From the NCBI RefSeq assembly GCF_002113885.1, contig NW_018408821.1, positions 465,907 through 529,906 on the forward strand: DNA of 64,000 nt. The letters are read 5' to 3'. Source of the DNA: Mizuhopecten yessoensis. Its lineage: Eukaryota. Within the stretch, counting starts at the first letter, position 1. Each line of letters opens with the position of its first letter. The position numbers were made by a program, and so were the translations under genes. Shown one piece after another: positions 25,591-36,171 of the stretch. The notes beneath the pieces were generated by a model, which saw only the letters and a list, made by a program, of their open reading frames with translations, had not been told where the DNA came from and made no database searches.

Positions 25591-27126
25591 TATGATGTTA
25601 AAGATTTAAGTGTGCACCTTTATATGTAACATGTAATTAGACGAACACAAAAGAAGTTTGGGAGATATTAGAATAACCATATCTGTCCTTCGGTCTACTT
25701 TTTGACACGTTACTCACGCAAAGGGAAATCCAATGTCAAAACATTAAAAACTACGCCACAAATCGTGTAATTTACCCCCTCCTTTTCAAACCTAATAGGC
25801 TTAACAACCCTTTTCAGTTTTAGTATTCAGAGATTAAAGGTCAATGCTACTATCACTTTGTACTATAGACCATAATTCGTGCATTTTCTTTCATGCTTTT
25901 CTAAAACTCCTAAGTCATAATTGCCTTATTTAAATGTTCAAATATCTGGGTGTATTCCGGACCCTAGCTCGAAATTTTCTGTATTGAAAAATATAAATAA
26001 CATAGGAGCCAATACAGTGCTAATAAAATAGTTTAAAAGTGAAAGGTCTGTTGTATATTTGTACGAAAATAATTGGTCTGATCTACCCTAAAGCTCTACG
26101 CAAGTCACATTGATGAAATCAAAATAGATCCGCATGCTGCGCCATTTGGAGAAAAAAACATTTTTATTCACGCTTTGTTAAAACCTAGCAGATATTCTGG
26201 ACCATAGATAGAATTATTCTGCTTTTTTTTGTTTTTTGTTTGTTTTGTTTACAAATAACAACGAAGGAGCCTATAACATGCTTATACAATAGTTCAAAAA
26301 GTCTAGGGTATTTAATGTTTGTTTGTTTATATGAAAATAATTGACCTGTTCTACCATTAAACTCCACACAAGGCTTATTAAAGAAACTAAAATTGATCTG
26401 CATATTGCACCATTTGAAAACCTTTTGAATATTTGTATTACATTTTTAAACCGTTTTTATTACTTTCACTTATTTCAATGTCTTTGTTAACACACATTCG
26501 CTATGCCCACTTTTACTATGTGACAATGTATGACAATATTACTTTGTTGGGCCATTGTGACAAATACAACTGTAGCTTTCTTTATTATAAATTGAAATGC
26601 AATCTATATCAAAGGTAGTGTTTTTGAGTTCATGGTTGACAATGTCTTTATTGAGTTCGGTGGCAATTTTTTCCAGCAGACTGAAGGCGTTCCTCTAGAA
26701 TCAATTTGCCCCTTTCTTCTGGCCGAATTAATTGATGAGCTAATCAGAGCTGGTAACAAAAATGGATCTTAAACCGGGGAAACTCGAGATCAAAATTTTT
26801 CATTTTCCCGTCACATGACCAATATACTGTTATATAGATGAGGTATATTAAAACCAAACGTATGATACATACGACACCTATGTTAATGTAACTTAATTAC
26901 AACACGATTATAAATAAATCTCAAGTATTTATAATGTCATTAACAATAATAATTCTATATAAATCTCTGTAACACTACTTTTCAATTACTATTTGTGTAT
27001 TCATTGTCTTCATTTCTAGGATGTTTGCGTAAACACCAGATATTAGAGGTCTTTCAAGTTTTTCACTCAATAAATATTTACAACGCTGAATGGGTCAATT
27101 AATAAGTAGAATTGTCAGCCAATAAG

Positions 27127-30091
27127 TCATTGCATGGTTGACATCCATTTGCTAACACGAGCCTGAGTAGAGTTATCCTCAGGGATTTTAGGGAGCTCCT
27201 CCTTAAATTCACGGGTGTACGGCTTCAGTTTTGGCCCTTCAATGTCCCTCGTAAGGAAATCGTTCTCAACCAAAGGTTGTTCGTCACTCTTTTTCGGGCC
27301 AGAAATAGATTCCTCCATATTTTGTTTGAGTTTTTGGTTGACAGTTTTCCTGATCTCCTCCTGAGTTCTCCTTTTCATCACGTCGGTTTCCTCTTCGGTG
27401 AATGTCATCTTGCGAGACTGCATGTCCAGCATGTAACGCTGTTGGTTCCGGGAGGTCATGTTTATGATTGGATCGTATATGTCTTGGTAGCGCTTGTTTG
27501 CTGGACTGCGGGTTAAACGTTGGAGAAAGGAGACAAGGAACAGATCCTCGATGAAAAGGATGATTGACAGCTGCTGGATTCTCCACACCGAGTACTTCTC
27601 GGAAAGCACGCTCTCGCACGTGGATGACATCATGGCTATCAGGGCATTAAGCAAAAGGACATATGTCAGAAGGACAAAGAGAACAAAGAGAGTCAGAGCC
27701 AGCCATTTGACGCGAGCTTGGGACAGACATTCGATCTCCCCGAGCCCCAGCATCAGGTTGAACATGGTAATAAGTGTTGTGAAGAAGTGGTTGTCATCGC
27801 TTCCGTCAATGGCAGGAACATCTTTTCCTTGAAACATCGTGTGCATACACGTCGTAAATGCGAACAACTGGAACGCAATTATGACGGAAAATCGTAGAAA
27901 GTCCCCAAAAATTACCTCCTTTATCATAACCGTGAAAAAACTAAAGAGATGCCAACCACGGAGAAAAAAGACGTTGAACCACCAACCTGAGAATAGTGCG
28001 ATGATAAGTGGAATTCCGTCATGTCGTCCCACTGCCTGTGTTATCAGAACGTCCACAATCACAGCCAAAGCAAAGATCAACATCAGAAGGATGTATTCAA
28101 TGTTGTGCATGTAGTATCTATCCGGATTTGGTCGTTTTAGCTTCGAAATAACACAGAGGATGACAATAATGACGTAGAAGATGGCTATGATGAATGCAAT
28201 CCACTGGAACGAGGTGAGGAATAAGCGTAAAGACTGATTGTTCTTGAAGTAGTTACCTAACCCCGTGCCGGTGTTTTCTATCTCCGACTCGTGCCAGTAG
28301 GAACGTTCTACCGCGTATACACTCAGAAAAACCATCAGTACCACCTGGATCAGCATCCACAATGAATATAGAGAGACAACATTCTTCCATTTCTTCTGTA
28401 TCAACTTCTTCACTGGCATCATTTCTATGATGATAGAAGAAAATTTTCGAGTGTAGTTCTTATCAAACAGCATTTCCAGGATAGATTCCTTTTTTGGGAA
28501 GACGATTCGACAGCTGCTGCAACAAGTGTTCGTGTTCGTGTCTTCCTCGTTTGGCGTTTCTTCAATTTCTGTGTTAGCAATGGAATCTATTTCAGTGACG
28601 TCATACTTTTTGATGTCAAATAAACCCTCATCCTCGTTCTGAAAGCAATAGACATCCTTCAGTTCTAGGATGTATTCAAATATGTGAACCAGTTGGTGTT
28701 TTGCCGCTAATTTCAAGGGAGTTAACCCGTCTTTATCCTTCATCAGCCAGAGATGAACATAATTGTTAGAACGTGTTATGTTGCTCTTAATATTGTCTTC
28801 GTCAGGATTGTCAGAATTTTCTAATCGATGGATATCTTCCTTCTCCATTTCTTCTTTCTTCTTCTTGGTGATGTCTCTGAGGTGCCCGGTGAGATGACTC
28901 ATCATGCGTTTGACTTCGTCTTCTTTGTCTCTTTTTCTGCTCAGATACCTAATCATAGAGTGAAATATCGTATCATAACTTTCATTCCTTGTGCATATAT
29001 TAGCTCCAAAATCAATCAGCTTGTCTACCATGCCGAAATCAAATTTAAGCGCAGCAACAAAAAGCGGTAATTCTCCCATCATGACTGTTCCTTCAAATCT
29101 ACTTCCGGTCGCCCTAGTGTTTAGTAGGTTCTCAAGCATACGGGGTTTTTCACCAACTTCGTCTTCATTCTCTCCTTGTTTTTTTAGGACTATTTCATCA
29201 CATCTTTTTGCAGTCCTAAGAATGAGAGCTATGGCCGCATTGTTGGCTCGCGTAATGGCGATATGAAGTGCGGTCTGCCCCTTGTACTCCGATCCCTTCT
29301 TCGCCTCGGAGACCAGCACCGGGAACTTGTCCAAGATAGCACTAACAATCCCGCCGGTGTCGTACTTGGCTGCATGATGGAGAATAGTCTCGTTGGTTGT
29401 GCGTTCGTTTGGTTTCTGGGGTATGTCGAGTTGAAATTCCCTGATGTCTAGTTCCAAGGCTACAAATTTTTGAAGTGTTGCCTTGGCTTCATCGATGTCC
29501 TTCTCCTCAATGAACTCCTTCAAAAGTTGTATCAGTTCAGTCCCTACAAAAATTATAAATCTTCTATTAGTTACAACACAGACATTAGCATCCTTTTGTG
29601 GGACGAGTTTGTGCATATATACAAACTAACGCTAAGGCCGACTTCAATAGTTCAAAAATTGTTAAAATCTAGAACAAAATTCTAAGGTAATTGCTTGTTA
29701 TAGATCTATATATTCATCGTAAGCATGAACTAAAATAGTTCGTCATTGATTCAAATGGACAAAAGCAAATACATTCAGAATTTAGTAAATCAGTATAATG
29801 AATGCAGTGTTTACTTTATATTATTCCGATAAGAATTTAATATTACCGAGATATACTTCTGGGTTGGAAGTAAATTATACTGCTACAACATATCACTGTA
29901 AATTATTTGAGGACTTAAATATAATTGAATTCTTCAAACTGCTTACCGTCTTCGTATCTCCTAGCAGATGCAAGGTCCTGGCTATCCAGCGATTCTGTCT
30001 CCCTGTAAGCAAGAGGTTCTCCATTTTCTAAGAGATACCTCAAGTGGGTCAGAGTAGCAGGGTCTAAATGTATACCCGTACCGTCTGCCAT
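27127..30091 (-). CDS. TRPV-family cation channel, paralog C (~853 aa)
   Basis: complement(join(27127-29543, 29947-30091)), phase-1 GT-AG intron, exon 1 MADGTGIHLDPATLTHLRYLLENGEPLAYRETESLDSQDLASARRYED. Ankyrins (ETILHHAAK, GQTALHIAI, GELPLFVAA, TPLKLAAK), YDVTEID, GDFLRF, pore FNLMLGLGE, LLLNALIAMM, VWRIQQL. Confidence 0.93.
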
Positions 30092-32039
30092 TTTAACGTT
30101 TTATTTACCAAACGTTTGGTCCGACATGGTGATTGTATGTGTATTGGTATAGGCAGATACACATCCTGTTATAATCAATGGCGTTTATGGGGCCGAGGAT
30201 GGGGGATATAATTTTATTAATACATTTACCAAATAAATGTTTTTATGTTGAATCTTTCATGTATCCGACAAAAACGAAAGAGAAGTCAAATATTGTTTTA
30301 TAGAAGTACATTAAGGGGAACCTGGCAGCTTGGCCTACAGCAGTGCCGAAAGGAAGAATTAGATATTTAGTGGGTAATCCGTCTCTCCCCTCTCGACGCC
30401 CTCTATCAGATTGTGTATAGAAACACATATACGTCACGCTTTTGTGTTTTAAACAGATCAGTATAATGAGATAGGGAATGCGATACGCCTTTATTAAATG
30501 TTGGGGACATGTCAGCGCCATTGCACACAATGATTGTTATCTGTACAAACAAACCATTCAACTGTGTAACTAAGGACGCGCTCATAACGCATACAGCAGT
30601 TCCACTCATGTATGTAACGATCGGCTGTTTGTTTAACGCACAGTGCATTCGGGTATATGGAATTATCTCCCCTTTTTAACTGCCTGTCTGAATTGTAGTT
30701 TTTACAAGCCTTAGTCCGTGTATTAATAGATTTCCGGCTTATATGAAGATAGAATGAAATAGATAAGTTTCTTGCATGTAAAATATCATTTAGAGACAAA
30801 ATCAGATAAAATTGCAAATATAGTTTATCATATAATTCTAAATGATTCTGATATCACTATTGAGCTAGAAATATCAGCTCTGCTGCACACATTTTCTTTT
30901 GTGTCAAAGTATTCAAGTGTAACGCGGGCCTTGATGTTTAAGTAACGGCGCATTCGGGTACTGAGAATCGTCTCCCTTATTTAGCTGTTTTGTAGAATTG
31001 CGCTGGTAAGAACACTTGAGGTAAAGGATACTTACAATTTAGTCTATATCATTACTATTATCACAGATGTGAAATATTGGTTAACGTCTGTTACAAAAGA
31101 AGTATTCCTTAAAAGTCACATGTTGCAAATGCAGTTTATAAAATTACAGTTGTTCGAAAGAGTGTTAGAAAGCAGAAAAAAAGATGATAAAAAAGTTAAA
31201 AAAATGCAGGGATCGAATCCAGGACTTTTACATTGAAAACCGTACACTTTGCCAAAGTTGCCATATAAAAATAAAAAATAAACAGCACCAAAGCGAAAAA
31301 AACACACTAAATTTTTGACAAGTCAAAAAATATATGAGTGGAACTTTTCTTCGCGATTGTAACTGACGCAATAGTATCAGTAACTTTAACTGAGTCGCCA
31401 GATAATGTTAAAGTATCTTTTTTTTCTTTTTGTGATTGATTGCTGAAAATTTCAACAACTATAAAAAAAAAATCTCAAGATATGGTAATACTAATTTCTT
31501 GTGGCGTTAATTTCTTAAATTGTGTAATATAAATAATGGAACCGGCTTATATAAAGAGCACTTTTCGAGAAAAGTTGTTTTGTAAATATTTTCATGTTGA
31601 ACGCTGATCAAAACGGTTCGATATGACATCAATTTTAAGTGATACAAGTTAATCACAAGTGTACATATCGCTACACATTACACATCACCATTGGCCACTC
31701 AGGTAAATCACGTATTGCACGTAAATTACACATCTCAATGAAAAAGTAATTCGATAATAAGCTAGACTGAACTGCTCCTCCTACTGTCGTCGACGCATGC
31801 GTATATTGATGTTAAAAGGTTTGTTAATAGACGCAAGAGTCACGAAGGTGATCAAACGAAGAACGTTCTTCTAATCACATCTCCATGCAAATGTATCGTT
31901 CTCGTGCATATCTAAATACTATTGATCTTACATTAATTATGTAAATGAGTTGTATCAAATTATACATTTCACTATTGTTTGCCCTGATGTAAGCGCGCAG
32001 GGGGTCTTAATGTGGAATGAATATCATATACGATAAAAT

Positions 32040-33680
32040 ATTTCTTATATAGTAAATAAGATATCTTATATAAGATTATATATACTTATAAAAGATATCT
32101 CATTTAATTTCTACATAAGATCAAATAAAACATAAGATATCTTACATCGTAGATAAGATATCTTATATAATATATAAGATATCTTATACACAATATTAGA
32201 AATAGCATCTATTTAAGATTTTTATATATTATATTAGATATCTCATCTATATAAGATATTTATATATTATATTAGATATCTCATCTATATAATATTTTTT
32301 TTAATATTTGATATCTCATCTATATCAGATATTTAGATGTGATATTAGATATCTCATCTGTATAAGATATTGATATAGTATATTAGATATCTCATCTATA
32401 GAAGTTGTTTAAGATATTTTAGATATCTCATCTATATAAGATATCGCATCTTTATAAGATATCTCATCTATATAAGATATTTGTATATTATATAAGATAT
32501 CTCATCTATATAAGATATTTATTTGTTATATAAACATTCTCATCTATATAAGATATCTTATATTAGATACATCATTTTAGATATCTCATCTATATATCTT
32601 ATTTTGATATCTCATCTATATAATATATCTTAGATATTATTTTGATTTATCATCTATATTAGATATTTATTTATTATATAAGACATCAATATCAGATATT
32701 TATATGTTATTTTAGATATCTCATCTATATAAGATATCTTATTTTAGATATCTCATCAATATAAGATATTTATATTATATAAAATATCTCATCTATACAA
32801 GATATTTATATGTTATATTAGATATCTTTTCTTTATAAGATATTTATATGTTATATAAGATATCTCATCTATACAAGATATTTATATATGATATAATATA
32901 TCTCATCTATATAAGATATGTATATGTTATATAATAATTCTCATCTATATAAGATATCTTTTATGTTATTTTAGATATCTCATCTCTATTATATATTTAT
33001 ACCTATATAAGATATCTCATCTATATACGATATTTATATGTTATTTTAGATATCTCATTTATATAAGATATCTTATATATTATTTTGATATCTCATCCAT
33101 ATAAGGTAATTTGTATACTATTTTAGATATCTCATCTATATAGGATATTGATATATTACATAAGATATCTCATCTATATAAGATATTTATATATATGACA
33201 TTAGTTATCTGATCTATATAAGATATTTTTATGTTATATAAGATATCTCATATATATAAGATATTTATGTTTTGTATAAGATATCTCATATATATATAAG
33301 TTATTTATCTGTTATATTAGATATCTCATCTATATAAGATATTGATATGTTATGTAAGATATTGATATGTTATATAAGATATTGATATGTTATAAAAGAT
33401 ATTGATATGCTATATAAGATATCTCATCTTTATAAAACATTTATGTATGATATTATATATCTCATCTATATAAGATATTTATATGTTATATCAGATATCT
33501 CACCTATATAAGATATTCATATTTTATATTAGATATCTCATCTATATAAGATATTTATATATTATATTAGATATCTCATCTATATAAGATATTTATATGT
33601 TATATAAGATATGTCATCTAAATAAGATATTTTTATGTTATATAATATATCTCTATTGTCTTATATAAGATCTCTTATAT
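32040..33680. repeat. ~1.6-kb AT-rich satellite array
   Basis: Dozens of copies of AGATATCTCATCTATATAAGATATTTATATGTTATATA-like units, built from ~19-bp subunits in a ~38-bp period. Confidence 0.93.
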
Positions 33681-34751
33681 AATTCGATGAACTACAGGAT
33701 CGACATTGCTCCTTTAATAAATGTTACGTTGGCTTGCCACACTTATGCATTTTCACGTCCGGTCGGGGAATCAAAACCCGGTCGTCTGTGTTAAAGGCGC
33801 CACCCGACAACCCATTCCTGTGTAAACATTCTATGTTAAACGTTTTTGGCTGACATAAGAAATATCTAATAACTTTTGTATTAATAACGCTTTCATCCTA
33901 AACACGCATTTTAATAATTATCTTAATTATCTTTTACACCATGTGAATGACTAATATGGACACGCAACTATTTTGAACCAAACATTAATTTGTAATTATA
34001 TCGTAAATCGTTAGAAATATTTTTTGTCGTTTATTAGGGTTTTCCCATTCAGTGTTTTGAACCACTTTATTGTGGAATATTGTTCTACAACGATACTTAC
34101 TACTGTTCGTTGGGATTGTTATCTTTTTCGTTCCTAATTGCATGCTTCCTTCTTTCTTTCTCTTATGATAAAAATACTTTAATCTAATTTTGAGAACAGA
34201 ATTTTCTTAATGCCTACATGCTTACATACTCTTTATCCAGCAGTTAGTCAATAAATATGCTAATGACAACTTTTGTAAAGTTTAAAATGTTTCCCTTTCT
34301 ATCCTAACCTTTTAAACATTACATCACGATTTCATTGATTTTAGTAGGAATCATGCTTAAAATTCGTTCTAAAATTTAAATGCAGGTTCCCGTTAATTTT
34401 GAGTACTTTTAAAATATTGTTATCACATATTTCTTGTTATACGTTAGAAATGACTCTGTACGGATAATTTAAAAACAATTATATACGCTGCTAATTCACA
34501 ACTGAGCAGGTTGTAATCTGTACTATGTCCATACGATTTCTCTGCGTAGATACAGAGCAAGACTTAATGAAATAAATTTTAGCAGTGTTTACCTATTACT
34601 TACACGTAAATCCCAAGTAAAAATTCTATATGCATACACTACTGGTCTTAATCTTAAGAATTTGCTATCACTGGATACATACGTGTTTATACAAGTTTAA
34701 AGCCTCTTTGATGCTATAACAAACCCGATGTCTAATTAACCAAGAGTGAGA

Positions 34752-34817
34752 CATTGACATCAGGCGAGAACTCATATATAACCGCATTGACATCAGGCGA
34801 GAACTCATATATAACCG
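34752..34817. repeat. Perfect 33-bp tandem duplication
   Basis: CATTGACATCAGGCGAGAACTCATATATAACCG occurs twice in tandem. Confidence 0.9.
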
Positions 34818-35766
34818 CTGTTCAGAAACTACTAATGCATGTGTGATTATGAAATCAGGAGAAACTAAGTCCTGACTCATTTCGATTATAACAAACGCTT
34901 TTATATAGGTAATAAATATTTTAATTAATTCAATTAAAATATAAACTAGGCATCATCATATCGCCTGACTGAATGTTAATGAACGAATACATGCGATCAA
35001 CTGTATTGATTATATCACGTTATGCGTTTAGATTGATTTTGTAATTGGTATGACACGAGCATGAATTGAATTTTAAATGTTTAGCAATTGAAAAAATGGA
35101 GTAATACATTTTCAGTTCACCGTTATTCAGATTAACTGAAACGTTATATTTTCATATCAAATTATGCCTTCTTCACAATGACTATTAAATGTAATTTTCA
35201 ATATTCCGTTCCACTAGACAAGTTTTGTTGACCCTTAACCCTTTGCAATTTCAGACCATATGAAATAATCAATACAAATTCACTTATTAGCCTAAATGGA
35301 GGCCTTAGTTCTAACGATCTATCGAGTTCCACCGAATCAGACGTTCTAGAATATCGTTAAAACACATTCTAATCGTAATGTGGACCGTTACATGAGTCCT
35401 CAAAACTGTCACAGAGTCGCAAGTGATGCATCCAAATGAGCCCGGAATATCATCTACAACAGTATATCAATATCCATGTAAAGTTTCGTTTGTATTGCGC
35501 CAGTAGAATCTTAGCAAATTTCCGGAAATCTCTGGACAGAAGATATACAATATTAAAGACGCAGCAAAAACTTTAAGTTCCAAAACTCCCCGGAAGAAAA
35601 GAAATATCTTATTTCTTCCGTGATCTTGAATTATCGTGAATTGAATATTATTGATAGAAAAACCGCACTTCAAAAGTATTTTTCATAATAGCGGTTGTCT
35701 CTAATTCAGACAACGTTTTGAAACGGAGCGCAATCGTCGCATTGACATGTACATAATCAAATGCTA

Positions 35767-35960
35767 GTCGGGTGGCGCAGTGAATAGCGCACTCGTCTTT
35801 CACCAAGGCGGCCGGGGTTTGATTCCCCGATCGGATGTGCGGAGATATGGGGTCACCTGTCACGTGGGTTTTTTCCAGGTACTCCGATTTCCTCCTGCAC
35901 GTTAACATCCGAGCCAACAAGAATGATTAATACAAGTTGTAATAATTTGTTTCATGATTG
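35767..35960 (+). mobile_element. tRNA-derived SINE (V/Meta-SINE-like core)
   Basis: A box GGTGGCGCAGTGAA, B box GGTTTGATTCCCC, core GTGGGTTTTTTCCAGGTACTCCGATTTCCTCC. Reverse fragments of the same family at about 31975-32020, 33745-33810 and 61625-61705. Confidence 0.7.
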
Positions 35961-36171
35961 TTGTAAAAGAATTTTTCTTTTGAATCAATATGACGTAGCA
36001 CATGTTAGTTGTCGCAGTACCACAATGATAGTGTAATTTACATGTAGTGGGTTCATAAAGTAAGATTTCAAAGTAAATGTAATTAAAATAAGAATATTAT
36101 ATCATCACCAGTATCGATGATATTTTGGCTGGTATATATATCGGACAAACAGCTTACAAAATAATTATCAT

